NCBI RefSeq assembly: GCF_000150275.1
Contig: NW_002060948.1
Coordinates: 5,687,464 to 5,751,463, forward strand
Length of the DNA stretch: 64,000 nt
Source of the DNA: Trichoplax adhaerens
Lineage: Eukaryota; Animalia; Placozoa
Direction: 5' to 3'
Shown here: positions 40,575-55,704 of the stretch, piece by piece
How the letters are laid out: each line of letters opens with the position of its first letter
Position numbering within the stretch: the stretch's first letter is position 1
The notes under the pieces: model-generated
Databases searched by the model: none
Seen by the model: the letters and a program-made list of their open reading frames with translations, nothing else
Told to the model about the DNA's origin: nothing
Program-made: the position numbers and the translations under genes

Positions 40575-42621
40575 TGATGGTTCTGAATGTTTAACGTTAA
40601 TGCTTGCTTTTGTCACTTTGTATTTCACGATTAGAGAGCAACTTATATATTTGATCAGAATCTTTAAAGATACACGGATACGTACATAAGGATTAAAACA
40701 GATCGGAATCAATACACGTTAGAGCAGCTTATAAGATGATGGACAGATACATGGGTTATAGCGGCTCTAGAATAATTAGAAGTTCTATCTAGCCGATTTC
40801 TCCGAATAACGAGGCAATTAAAATAACAATCCAAGTTAAAGATGTTTTATTGTTCTATCTACAGTACTTAATAGCCTTCCGCGCTTAATACTTGTAGATC
40901 TATGGCAGATGCGTCAGTATATTATTACATTCCTGATGATTAGCTATTCATTGCCGTTTCATAGTGAATTAGAAATATCATAGCATAGGGGTAGAATAAC
41001 TATAAATATGAACTGCTCGTCCATTTTGACCTTATAGCTTCAAGGGTCGCTCTATCCTGAAACACCGTTCATTGTGTTGAATTACCGCTGTATCTCTGTA
41101 AGTCGAAAAGTAGGTTTAATTATTTTCTTGATGCTCCAGATGCAATCAAATACGTTCTTTTGCAATATTAGCATTATGTACGGCATCATTTCTACAATAT
41201 TGACTGCCTTTAATGATCATTTATTATACAATAAAATCCGCTACGCTATAAGTAAAACTGTGGCTAGTTACTTTCCATTCTAATGGCGATGATCTAATTT
41301 ATGCCGAATTGCTCTGCGATAGCTTGCTATGATTCTATTAGCAAAATTAGTACGGTAGTAGATTACGCAATATCCTTATTTTTTGAGGCAAAATTCAGGT
41401 TAGTCGAAATTGTTTGCATATTTTGAACCATTGCCGATACCAATATATTTACAAATCTTTCCTCAATGATTTAGAGTTTATCGGAATAATTACAGTATGA
41501 CTATTTCAAAGATTTAAAATATTATACCGATCCGTAGTAGGATGACTACAGTATATAGAATGGGTTGTGTATATCAGAGATATTATTTCTGGTACATTGA
41601 TAAATCATAGGGCGTAAAGGCGGGATGAAAATGGTTTAGGCACTTTTGAGATATGTACCACTAATCATTAATGATCTAATGTATGATGTTATAATTAGAC
41701 AGAAAGCTGTTTTAATACCATAACTGATGGAATGTTATAATTCAATTGATTGCAGTTAAGATGTCAGAATCATGGTCCTAAGCCCTAGGCCAGGCATCAA
41801 TTACGCTATCACATCGACTTAATTCAGGAAATAGTAGGGCTTGGTCTGCCTTTATTTAGCGGTGTTTAAAGTACTATTTAATTCCTAATCTTATATTTCT
41901 AACATCAACTCAGTTGAGAAACAGACTTAACAATAACCGTAAATATTTTCATAACGTAGATAGTACAAACTTTGCTCGGTTCTTGTTAGTATCGTAGGGT
42001 ACATTCAATTACATTAGGTAACTTTGCTCAAATACATATCCAAGATAAATTTAATTCATACATTATTTAGTCTTAAATTACTTATAATGAATTACTTAGA
42101 GGAAATGCTTTGCCTAAAGATATATTCACTACAGAGTTGAGGGCCATTATACTCATATAAAGTACTATATATTTGCAAATGAAATCATACGTCTACGAGA
42201 ACATGATTAGCTGGAACTGAATATCTATAGTCAAATCACACGCGAATAAAGTACGATAATATGCTAGTATAGTTTCAGCTGTCCCTGTATTGCTCTTATA
42301 CTGAATCATAAATATTTTATAATAAATAAATATCTGTCGTAAATATCTTTTTGATACGAAGAATTAAAATAGCACTGTAATTACTTTTTACAATTTCATA
42401 AATGTTACGATAACTGCATATTGATATAAGCGCTAATTTACGCAGACTGATAGCATTGAATCAAATCTATTCTATTCCGCATCACGTTTTGCAATAGCAT
42501 ACCATTTACTGATCTTCTATAACTCAATAGATCGCTTTCCTAGGGCAATACTGATATTAGCTTTGGTCAAAATTAAGTTTTAAGTTGAAGACAACTTTCT
42601 TCTTGCAACTTAACAGTGAGC

Positions 42622-44270
42622 ATGTCTACGTCTACGCGACATGTAAATATTCCAAATGATCACGAATTTACTGAGAATAGGTCTACTGTGTCATCGATGA
42701 ACAACCTTAAAGCACTTTGCTTCATCACTTACGCGATTGCCTTAATCCAAATTGCTCTTGCTATCTCCGGACTTATACTTCCTTGCAAATTTGGGATCTA
42801 CATCATCAGTTTCAACCGGTTTGGTAATACCTACTGGATTGCAGGGCCGGTACGTTCTTTATGTGCTTTGTTGTTATTCGCTGGATAAATTGATAATATC
42901 ATAATTTGCAATATTAGTTGCAATATAGGGATTTTATTAATTTCCTTCGAGCTAAGATTTAAAAATTTTACGTTGGCGCGATTAAGAATCAAATCTTATT
43001 TCTAAACCTAGCCAATGCACCGAGGATGAAGCACGTTGAATATTTATAATATCAAACTGCTTGAACCATATCTAACGATTGCGTTGTTTATAGGTGCTTC
43101 TCTATACCTTCTTAGTTGGATCTACAATCCCAAAAAATAATTCTGGTATGAATAATGTAAGAACATTATCATATAATGGCAAATACAGTAACTTTTAATA
43201 ATGCATATCGTACCCTTATATTGAGTATAATTATCTGGCCGAAAGTATCATACATTAATTGTCTTAATCGAATGGATAACGGTTTAAAGGAACACTTTTA
43301 AATATAAGAAATTCTTATGTGATCTTAACAGCACTTGCAGTCGGCATTTATTTAACTTATCCCCTTTAATTTACATGATTAGTATTGTACAAACTTTCTC
43401 ATATGTGTTTTAGTCTTGAAACATGGTGAATACTCGTATTTAATTTCAGGACATGGTAGATTAATTTACTGCATAATGTGTTTCTTATGTAGTTGTAAGC
43501 ATAATTCTCATATGGTTGAATTCTATAAAAATAACATAACAATTATCTTATCAATCTGATACGCTACGAATTGATTATTTCCCCCTAAATATTTTCTGCA
43601 AAATAGTTATAGCAAGGTGCAAACATGTATTCGTATAGTGCGGTAATAAGCGCTGCATTTTGTAATAGCATAATTCCAAAGTGTTCTGTCCTTGATTTAA
43701 ATCTTTCTAGATATCATTTATCAAGATGGGAGCTTTTCTATGTGCGTTATGCATAATAGCCGGGTTTGTAATTTTAGGTCAAACTCTAAAGGTAGCTGGC
43801 TTTCTAATAGCGGATTTAGATTCTGACGATATCTTTCACAGCGACGTTTGCAAAATACCCTTGAATCAAGCTTATACGCCTGCTTTGCTAGTCACTATTC
43901 TACAACTCTGCATTCATATTTTTTATTTTGGAGTCTGCATCAAGTTTATAAGGATAAGTAACAGTCCAAGTGTATCGCTAGAGAGAAATTCTGGCCATAG
44001 CTTACTTATGGTAATGCAACCTAAGCTACCAATTATTAATTTTTTATGATCATGATCTTAATATGGACAGTTAATGATTATCTAAAGTTTGGTTAGCATT
44101 AACAGCGATATTATCATTATTATTTATATCTGCAGATACAACCACTACCAGAAGAAGCTCCACCCTATGAATTTTGCGATAATACTCAGTACAGAGCTGC
44201 ATTCGCAATAGATAAAAGACTGCCAGAAAGTGATATAGATCAAACTCACGATAACAGTTCAAGTTTGTAA
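42622..44270 (+). CDS. MS4A/CD20-like four-TM protein, array copy 5 (4 exons, ~241 aa)
   Basis: Exons 42622-42849 (LPCKFG..NTYWIAGP|gtacgt), 43094-43156 (63 nt, VLLYTFLVGSTIPKNNSGMNN), 43711-44010, 44136-44270 (IQPLPEEAPPYEFC..SSSL*); complete phase-0 GT-AG structure. Confidence 0.85.
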
Positions 44271-47200
44271 TGATAGCGATACCATATGATCATTTTTATT
44301 ACTGCTACTGCTTCTAGGCTTTTGCAGTGTGGACTAAGCACATAAAAATTCATTTGAACTCTCTTCTTTCTAAACTAGTTGTAGTATAAAGTACCATTAA
44401 TGTAACAATTTAAGATCCCGAAGCTATGCAATTAGATATTTTTGAATTATTAACGATATCTAAGAACTTTAGTGAACGGTACCCAAAAGCACCAATTTCT
44501 TCGGATGTGGATCCATGATTAGATCAATTTCAAGGTACAACTAGAAGGAAAAATACTCTCTCGCAAGAGATTTATTGATTTAACTGTGCATTCATAATAA
44601 CCGTATATATACTATAGTTTATATGATAAAGTACTACGAACTGTTTGGATGTGAATTCTAAATCAAATATTTTCTAGTAATTATGATGATATTAATGTAA
44701 CTACAGTTACCTTAGAATAGAATAAAGCTATGATATCACCAAATACTTGGCGTTACAATGCATATGAAAGATGGTGTAGTTCGACTGGTAATACTGGTTG
44801 TCCCCATCTATAGTGAATCTTATCAGTAATGGTAGCAAATTTTGTTCATTAATGACAGCATAATTTATACTACTTTGTCATAGAGTACAGGATGAACCTG
44901 AACGTTTAATCTACGTTCTAATTTAATTATTAAAATAGATAGGCCCAATTTATAGTATTATAAATATAGTAACATTGAACCTATGTGAAATCTATCTTGA
45001 GGGATATGATAAATCATCAGTTTAATTTAAAATACTTTAAAATGATAAATTTAATCCGATATCCCAACGCCTCTGCGTAGCATATAAAAGTTGTTGTAGT
45101 TTGATAGATTAGTAATGGAACGGTTCAAATTTAGGGTTAGGATTCTGAAGGGAGGAAGACAACACGTAGATTTTTCTCAATCGCGATTAACTATTCCATT
45201 TTGGATAATTTTGGGGGTTAAAGCAGTCAATTTTCCCCTTCGATAATTCTTTAAAATGCTTTGAGGTTTTCTGTCAAAATTATGATGAATTGATGTTTTT
45301 TCTTGGCTTCAGTTGGAATTCAAAGTATTTACGGAGTACTAGTCTCAATAATTACTCGTCATACTTACTCAGCTTGTAGCCGCTTTAGCAAATAAATAAA
45401 GCCTAGCTTAACCTTCATTTCATTTGAGCTTGATTTCCATTAAATATTACTACCGCAATTGCATTTAAATTGCCTATTGTGATTTAGAAGGTAAAATAAA
45501 GTGAATCATAGGGTGAAGAGATAGAATCTACTATTATGAAAGTTGTAGTGAAAGGTTTAGAACTTAATAAACTAAGATTGAATTTAGAAAATCAACGGTT
45601 ATGAAATCGAATTATATCTATAGCATTTTCTGGCCCATACATATATATAATTATTTTCAGTTGCTATCATCTCTGAATTTTAGTGCCATATCTGCTAATT
45701 CTATCTCAAGTTTTCGCGAAATGCTCTTATCGTAAAGTACACAACTCTTCTTCCTGGCTAGAACTATTTAGCTAATATTTATATAAATATTTCGTAATTT
45801 TATAATTATATCAGCTATTAATAGCAATTTTTCTGCAGTTGTAAGATGAAATTTCATCTCATCATCGTTCCATATCTTTCATTTTAAATTTTTCCTTTCT
45901 ATTTATGATGAAGTTGGGATACTTTTATTTCGATATCTGCTCAAAGGCTGATGTTGTGATCGACATAATGACCTCCAAAGAGGTGATAATTACCAATGAC
46001 TACGCGGGTAGCCAAAAGGAGAATTAGTAAACATGCTAACATGCCGATCAGAAACTGATGTTGATCAAACGAAAAGTACTGAACTAAAAACCTCCGTAAA
46101 CAGCTGGCGGTAAAATTAAACCTTAATTTTAGAGTTACCACATCACCAATATCAATTTCGTATCTCATTTGGAATCATTTTTAAGTTAGCACCCTGAGGT
46201 AGAGATTTCAGTATTTCATACTGATCGTTTTCCTTGTAATGCTTTGACTGATACATTATATTTAACAATCAAGAGATTTTTGCTCTTGTGGTGGCGTAAT
46301 CTAATTCAGCAGCGTATGAAATCTGCTATGGCCAAACTATTTTCCGTTTTTCTATTTCTTCATTATACAATAGTAAATAATATAGGACACCTGCTATTAA
46401 ATATAGTAGGCAATGTGGAGTCCAGTTCATGTGTCTAGAACAACATTAGTTATTTTTCTGTAAGTTATGGGCTACCGGTGAGAAGAATGAAATTATGAGA
46501 AGAAATTAGTTCATAAATTAACATGATTATTTATAAAAGTTGAATAATTTCCTGTAACAGTTCTACTAATATTATCTCTGGAACAGTCGCGTATGTGATG
46601 CAAGGGCACCTTATGGTTAAAGAGTACTTAACGCAAGTCTGAAAATTTTTACTTCTGTGTTTAATAGTAAAAATCGAACCCTACTATCATCTGATAGATT
46701 TCCTATTTTGTTACAGCTTTTAATTTGAAAATTTAAGAATATTGGACCCAGCAATTAGACCTGTCAATTTGGTATATTTTTGGTTAGTATAGTACTTAAC
46801 TTTAGAAAATTTAAGTTTGGTTTAGTTTTTGCTACTGTAATCACATTTCATCTTATAGATTTACTTTGAATGAACAACTCATGGACATTAAACAAAAATC
46901 CTATTACAGCTACTATTTCTAATAGAAAGTGAAAAATATTACATTAACATGATACTATTTAGTAATCCAATCTACTTAACACAAGGCATCACTTCTATCA
47001 TTATGACTATTAAACCTGATTACATTTTCCGCTTTTAATAAGAAACTTTTAAAAATAGAAATAGCTAAAATTTTAATCTTTGATTTGTGTACGTGACTAC
47101 TTGATTTAAAGTGCATCAGAGAATTGATCTAACTTTGTATGCCCACCGTAATTAGCGTTTTGTCTCCTAATTAGTCTTTTTAATTTACATAGAATATGCT

Positions 47201-47482
47201 GTACTGTAAAATTAATTTTGAAGGCTACAAAAGTAAAAATGAAGAATGAATGGCTACGAAAACACATTCCGAATATATTATAGAATTTAGAAAAGTTATT
47301 ATCGCGACTTAAAATTTTTCATTTCACCTTTTGAGCGATTACATATGTAATAATTTTGTCCAAATGATGATGTTTAGAGAATTCAATGATAGTTTTTCTT
47401 GCTTTATGTTTTTTAAAAAGTAAATAGTATCAACAAGCACTTGGCCAGTATAAGTTAATAAGTCTTTCATTTTTTTTAGAAA

Positions 47483-48991
47483 ATGGCAACTTGCAGTCGG
47501 AAATTAGCAAGTAGTATTAAAGTACTTTGTGGCATTGCTGTATTATTTAGTTTAGTCCAGTTGGTAATTACCGCTATTAGCTTTACCAAACCTTGTCCAA
47601 TCGGGCTCTATTTCACTAGTTACACTCAATATGGAAATGGTTTTTGGGTTGGAGGACCGGTAAGTTTATTAATCACTTCTGTTTATCTTTATTACATATT
47701 TAAAAATCATGTTTATAATTAAAATAGTTTGAATACTATGGAAGTCAAATTGATTTGTTATAATTAACTACAATTAGGTTATTGATACAGTATTAGATAC
47801 AGCAAAACTAATCGATTAGGTACTTGGAATAAGTTTCAAAATAATAAGCGATTATGTAGCTACTATCCTTGCTATTTTCTTTCAACTCTACGATTCACTA
47901 CTAAAATTTAGATTCACCTATTTTAAATTGTTTGCAGATATTTTTATTATCCGCGTTTATCACTTATGTTGCCCAACACTCATACTTTTCTACAAGGAGG
48001 GTAAGGCATTAATTGTCCACATTATCATTACTGATTATATTCAGTCCAATAAGAACAGTTCAATATCTATAGATAATAGAAATTCTGATGTAATAGCTAC
48101 GTACTTTGCTATCTTTAAGTTCACGATACAACGATTGGGAGGTCCCCATCAAAGCCTTCACGATGTAATCCATTTCTGGAAATCTAATTTTCTTATCATA
48201 TTTAAATCCGGTTACATTAGGTTGTTTGCGTGAAGGCGGCTGCATATTTATGCGTAGCATGCATCATCGGCGGAGTTGTGGTAGTTAGATTGGCTATACG
48301 GTCACTTGATGTATTACAGTCATACAGAAAAGTTATACGTTTTAATTGCGGTGTTTCTCAAGTTCCGATGTCACAAATCTATGGGCCATTTATAGCTACA
48401 TCTAGTATGCTGGTTATTTTCTATGCATTCTATCTTGTACTTTGCCTGTGCATCATAAGAATAGATGGCCTCGAACTTGAAAGCATTAAAACTTCGATTC
48501 ACATCGGCCAAGCATACTCGTACATGGTAAGCATGGTGTATTTTAAAACGAAATATTGATTTTCTCGCTAAGTGATACGTATTGCTGTAATTTTAAAATA
48601 AGTTGATATGAAAACAATGAAATATTCAATTTGGCTCATAGCTAGTGCTTAAGAGTAGAAAAATAATTTTAAAAAGATATTCTACCAAAGTTACTGAATG
48701 TGCCATTACTATCAATTAATTTAAATGAATTTTTGTTCGCATTTGTAAAATTACGGTATTGCTTTACTTTTGATGCTTATTTATTAGTTAGTTCTTGTGT
48801 TTATATTATAAGTATTGATAGGGTTGTAAATTTTATTCTTTTGTATGGAATAATTATCATGATATGAACTATGCATTTAATGTTTCTAGAAGAAGCAACC
48901 CATATCTTCGTACGAGAATAGCGCTCGAACAAGTAATACATTAGAAAAGGACAGCGAAGCGGGCATACAGGATGCCAATGCAACCACCTAA
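47483..48991 (+). CDS. MS4A/CD20-like four-TM protein, array copy 6 (~215 aa from this ATG)
   Basis: Exons 47483-47659 (KPCPIG..NGFWVGGP|gtaagt), 47938-48000 (63 nt, IFLLSAFITYVAQHSYFSTRR), 48221-48526, 48890-48991 (KKQPISSYEN..ATT*, NAGNAG acceptor). A strong acceptor (tttttttag, 47479) just before the ATG suggests an unlocated upstream exon. Confidence 0.83.
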
Positions 48992-51900
48992 ATATAGTAT
49001 ACTGGTAATGCTTAAACATAAACGGATGGCCTTTAATATCTTTCAATTATATTTTATTACAACGTTAGTATCATTTTGCACATAATTCTGTATGTATTAG
49101 TGGTTAATGGACTGCTTCTATGGAAAGGTTCAAAGGTTAGCTTATTAAATTGCAATAGTTTGCGATTATTAATAACCTCTAAAAATGTCAGGGTTAGAAA
49201 GGATGAATGTGTGAATAATCTTTAATTTATATCAGTCTGGATGGCTTAGACAAGGATTGTATTATCTATAATAGTTTTACTGCATCTATCGCAATTAAAT
49301 CATATGCTAGTAAAATTTTACTTTGTGGTTCAGTTTTTTTCATTTCAATTTCTTAGATATTTCCACCTATCCTGTACCTATGTATTTATAGCAACGGCTA
49401 AGAGTTAAAATTTTGTGTTGGGATTTATTTCAAATATTAAGCTCTTGCTCATATTTACAGAATAAATCTAAGTCCATAATAGACTTAAATTACTAGTTTG
49501 ATCAGAACTAGTTGTCCACTTTTATTACAGACCGATATTCTACATCAATTTGGCAATGGTAGCTTCGTAAGTTTCTATAAAGGTATTTTCTAATTCATCG
49601 GCATCACACATTTATCATTTGGGGTTTCGCAGCTCAATTTGAGTAGAGAGACATATGGTTACTGTGATCTTCTGATGGGCGGAGATTTGCAGATATGTTT
49701 CGGCTCTGCTAATGAGAAAGGACTAGGTTTTCATTTTTAATTTCGGATGTACGGAAACGGAACACTTTGGCACAGTCTGGTTCGTAACCGAGTGGTACTT
49801 ACATCGCGGTTACATATAATGTTCATCAGAATGTAATATTAATCTTACAGCTACTATAACATTTTCTATCCACTAGTATAATGTGGTAGCATACTTATAC
49901 AATTTTGATACTATATTCATTAACGGTATAATCGTAAGATATTTTCCGGCATCTATGATCAGGCATAGGAATTTAAGCTAGTTTCTGCTACATCTTGCAA
50001 CGAACCATGAATATATATCTACATGTCGCCATTTCATCAGAAATCTCTCGAAATGGAAAAATGAAATCACGCTAATAAATCACGTTGTATAACAATTATT
50101 TCCTATGTACGGGTAGTTGAAGTGAGAAATAGATGTCTTAAATCTATACAGTATACTGTATTAGACAAAAGTTAACTTTATTTTATGAAAGCCTTAGCAT
50201 ATTAAATTGCATTCTTTTCTAGTTCATATTACTTTAGATAGTTGATATTTGTTGTTATGTGAACACTATATCGATATCAATTCATTCATGTCAGTAGTAA
50301 AAGTGGCTAAAGAATAATTGTCATATTTAAATTAACAAATTAATGATTCCTGAATACCTTTTTTAACAACTCTGCTTTCTATTATAAAATAAAAGCAATC
50401 ATATATATGTATGGCAGTAAGAAATAATCTGGCAGTAAATTTTCATTTAATGTATTGCTTTGTGTAGGATATACTGTATAGAATACAGTGTATACCCGTT
50501 CATTTAAACTGGAACTTTGCTAATATAGCGTAATAATAGTAGATGATCAATACGATAATTTCTTACTTCACTTTAATATCGTGACAGCCTTCAATGAACA
50601 GTTATAGCAGAAGTGACTAACAGATGTCTACAATTTCGTTTGCATGGATAAAAATTATCTGTTGAAGGACTTTCGAGATCGTAATTACTGTATAGCCACA
50701 TTTATCTATTCTACGTTAACGGCTTTCTCTTCCTTATATAGCTCGATATCCATTTAATTCTGGTAATATCCTAAAATACCGACAGTTGCAGTATGGGAAC
50801 TGCAGTTTTTATTTCTATATCGTGATAATCTGCAATAAGACGAATACGGAGAGTGTCTACAATTCTATATACGTGCACTGGATAAATATCACTTAGCATT
50901 TACTGGTATGTATTATTCTTCGAAAATAAATCATTGCCTTAATCACAGTATGTGTGCTATTACTATTCTACAGTATAGCCTAGTAATCTACATCATAATT
51001 GCAAGGTTCATCGTTGAGAGTAAGTAACTACTGCATGACTCTGCATTTATACTGCAAACTTATGAACAGCCGCATCGGTAACCTATATATTATTTGGATA
51101 ATCTGTTATCCATTAAGACAATAAATGATTACTTCGGAGGTATTGATTGGCTGCTACAGTTCCTTTTTCGTCACCAGTGACTACCTGTGGTTAGTAAGAA
51201 TACGTCCGGAGCCATCGATTCATCAATCAATATTGACATCGAACAATGAATAGAAGCAAAATACAACGCGGCCATATTGGATTAATGAATAATGCTATTG
51301 ATCTTTAAAATCAATGAAACGAGTTATTGTTTAAAGCTAGGTGCCAGACTGAGCTATTCACCGTATTATTTTATAGCGAGAGAACTCATCAAGATATCGT
51401 CATTTCAACAACCCATAGTGGGTCATAATGTCCTATCTTAAGGCTTATTTTTTTTTGTCCGATTAATAGCCATAACGTATCTAGGAAATTCTTCGTCCAT
51501 TAAAATCCTTGTTGTTATATCCTAAGCGGCTATCGCAATTTTAAACTGCTACTTTGTAGAGTGGGTAAGTCTTTAGAAAAGTAAATTTTATTTTATGGTT
51601 TACCATCTGCTTCTATTGATTTCATTACTGACTTAGTATATGCATTATGGCATTTATGGCAAAGATATTATTTTTGTGTAACTTATTTTATAAAATGACC
51701 ATAATTTTTGAGGTAAACAGTTATGAATTATTTGCTTTCTTTTGCCATTTAAAACATTATTTAACCCGAATTTTATGTAGATAGTTTAGCGTTGTTGCAA
51801 CTTGTTCTATTTTTTTACTTGGTAATTGAGTTCGATAGAATAACACAAGGATGATTACATTAATTGAACGATACTGTTATTATTGGTATCTTTACCTTTT

Positions 51901-54900
51901 ACCGAAGCCTTTGCATTTCCTGTAGAGGGAGCGACTAGGCTTAAGGCCTTGTGAAAAGTATAATTTGAGCCTATTACTAGGGTTTAATCAATTTGTCCCA
52001 GTTACACTAGCAATAAAATGCAGATTTTCATATACTGTCGATCTCGAAGCCCAATTTGGCAAGAAATGAAAAGATTTTAATCGATATTTCATATTTTTGT
52101 AACAGTGGTCCATACGATCGGTTAGGAAGTTAAAAATAAACTATTTTAATTTGATTCAATATTAAATTATGTACAAGCAAGCAATCGTTGAATGATGCTC
52201 AATTCTCTGGTGTTTATGGCGAAATTGACTATCATAACTGCATTTTTAGTTAGTAAATGTATCTAGAAAAAGATAAAGATTTACAACAAAATTATATCTA
52301 CCAGTAGACTTATGAAGTACGGCACTAGCAAGGCAATATCGATACAAATTTTTCTTAAAATAAGATGGGAGTGAAATAAAGAATCTCTTCATGATTGCAC
52401 TATGATAAGTTAATGGCTTAAATGAATTTGAAACTGGTATTGAATTGCTTGAAGTACTAGCGAGTAAAGACTTTATTCGTAACTGATATCGGAGATAGAC
52501 TTATTTCTAGGCTTTACACGAACACCCTGTTCGCGATCCTTAGTGTATGCCGTACTTGTTTAGCGACTATAATATTTCAGTGTAAATGAATGCTTATTTG
52601 TTGCATGTAATAATTACGGTATAACCACAAGAATAGAAAAAACATCACTGCCATTTTTCCATTTTAACTAGTTGTTTGTAGTGATAAATATCCTGTTGAT
52701 AACATAACCATAAAAGTACTAAATCGAATAATTTTCGGTATAAACTTTGCTTTACTATCGACGCCTTTTAGCTTTTTTACTAAAATTATTTACAATGTCC
52801 GATTTGCTTAAAATATATCTACTGATATCAAATCTGCCACAATACGAAAGGTTAAGCCATACTTAAGTTATTCTCATTAGCAATCCCTTAATTAGTTCAT
52901 TCACCTATTTTAGCTTTCTTTTTAGTGGCTCTATTTTATTCCAATGAGATCTATACTATGAACGAATAGATTTTGATCTTGAGACTTTTATAACGCTGCT
53001 GGTTCTGATGAGCATCAGATAGGACATTATAAACGTAGTAGACACCCTAATGCTTTTAGAATATGATTACAATGTATGAACATTCTTGTAAAGTGAACGA
53101 AATATAGATCCGTTGTCTGGTCAATTTTATTCGAAATCGATTAAGTTGACAAGTAAAACTAATCTAAAATTACTAGCAACGATTTATCTCGGGGTATGGC
53201 AACCGAAACACATATCAGAAATCTGTTGGTCAATTGATGTTATTGAGTTGAAGTACATCGAATAACGTTCGTAATTTCTTAGGGATTTAATGCTAGCCTT
53301 TAACTAGTTATTTTAGAACAAAATCAACCAGATCTGAATTATACCGTTTAACTTATTCATTACGTAGCAATACGCATAGGTATTAGCGAAAGCCAAATGA
53401 ATTGAAAACATATCCTGTAATGTCCCTCTACATACTATAATTAAGGTACATCTGCTGACTGTGAACTATATCCGTTAAGGTATGGTTTATTTCATTTGTC
53501 TATGGGATTATTTGGTAACCCATAAATCGAATAACAGCTTATAGTTGGCTTCACAATATTGCGCAACAGCTAAGACAAGATACCCTGATCACTTCAAAAA
53601 TCTGTACCCTAGTAATTCATAACTAATCGTAAATGACCAAAAATACCTCGCTCCAAACTTTATACTTAGCAGGTGATGTCATTGGAATATTAGCCAGACT
53701 GATTCCTTAAGATTTGATTAAAAATCAACTCGTTTTTTACGTTAAAAGTTAATCGTTAACTATAAGCAAATAATATCGTCGGTAATTGCAAAATACCATG
53801 AACCAAACTAGTCTACGTGTATAATATCGTTTCAGAAGCTCTATCTTCGCTATTTAGATCAGAAATGAACAGTAATATGAATGATTACTTCTTCATTCTT
53901 TTAATTCATTTTTTGATTTAGCTCAACATTTGTATTAGCATAAAAAGTAAAAACGTATAATTAAAGAATGAGGTCTTTCATTAACAGTAAACTGGACGTA
54001 TTCAATTTTTTCTATTTTTAAAATTTGTCCATATTGGTGGAAAAACTTCCACTGTAAACTAATATGTCCCGAAAGGAAGAAGTACTTCTGACTTAAATAA
54101 GCTTTCCTTCTAGGGACAAGTGTGATTATTATTAGAATATAAATAAACCGTTACATACTCAACTGCAATGGGGGAACGGCAGGTACTTTCCTTTATTCCT
54201 GCTACGGTCAACTTTATAATCACATATTTTGTAAGAGTTAATTGCATCTGAATTATTACACTTTCATAACCATACCCAGAAGAATATAAAATTGTATATT
54301 GTCCTAAAATATTTCCTTTTACCTTAGAGGTGCACTATCATATCCATCTATAGTAGTCATTAGCATAAACGTCTTAAGGCTTTCGTCGTTAGAGGTAATT
54401 TCTAGGTAAGGATAAAAGTGATCATTTTTGAAGTATCCACTACAAAGATTGACAGATTCAGCTTTTACTTTAGCGGTACCCTATCACATATACCTATAAT
54501 ACATATTAGCATAACAGTCTCAAGGCTTGCGTCATTTTGATTGATTTTAGGTCGGACAAAAGTGATTATTTTTGATATACTCATCCTAATAAAGACCAGC
54601 ATATTCAGTCTGTACGAATACACTTTTGCCATAACTTGGACTAACATTTCAAAAGTGCTAAGATTAGTGCAGTACCTGTGACACCGAATAGCTATGTTAG
54701 AAAATGGTTAGGACCATAGTGTTAAACCTCTATAGCTAGGACTTTTAAGTGTTGAAGAAAGCATACTGTAGATTCTACTGACATTTTACGGTATATTCCG
54801 CCGTTGAGAGTATAAAAGCTGAGTTGTCAATGGAGGGTGGTGGGTTGGTAGAGGAAGACCACACTTTTATGAAGTACACAGCTTTATTTAAAGGTAATTA

Positions 54901-55704
54901 AATGCGTTGTTAACTGCACAATGACACACCGGTAGTCTTCGGTTCATCAGGTAAAGCAAGAAGATGTGGTAGGAAAGTTACCGTACTCATGACTATAAAG
55001 CATTGAGTAATGCATTTATATCGACTGCATTATATATTATTGCTAGGTCGTTAACGAAACTAATTCGCAACATACTTTCTGTAATAAGACAAGAGTTTCT
55101 GAAGTTCAATTTCAAGACAGGAATAAATATTAATCGTTCTATTTCAATAACAGTTAATAGTTTCGTAACGATCAAACAATAAGAATGCGATCTAGAGGAA
55201 TAACGTATTATTGCATGAATTATTTTATATTTGAGCTTATGTATTCTGAAGTGAGATTTGAAATAGGATTACATAAAAGGTCATTAAATGACATTAAAGA
55301 GTTTAGTTCCCTTTTATGAATTTCCTTTATTACGCACGGTTGGCGTTATTTTATACGGATCCTGTATTAGAATAAGAGAGAGCACTGGTGTTTTCATTTT
55401 ACAAGACATTAAATTCTAGTTACAATGGCTGTTGTAGGGGCGACAAATAATAAAATTTATCAACGCCACGTCGACAATCATACAACGATCTGTTTTAATT
55501 ATTTTTAAATAATTTTACCATAAGATTACTTTATTTATGAACTATCAGGTACTGTTACTCATATTTCGTCTAAGATATTAACACCTTATTTTATTTAACG
55601 TAAATTTTGCTTAGGATAAGCCTGAACAATATTAATATACAACACTACCAAGTATCATCTTTAAAATTAAAGGCGAATCCATCTATAATTAATCTGTTTA
55701 TATA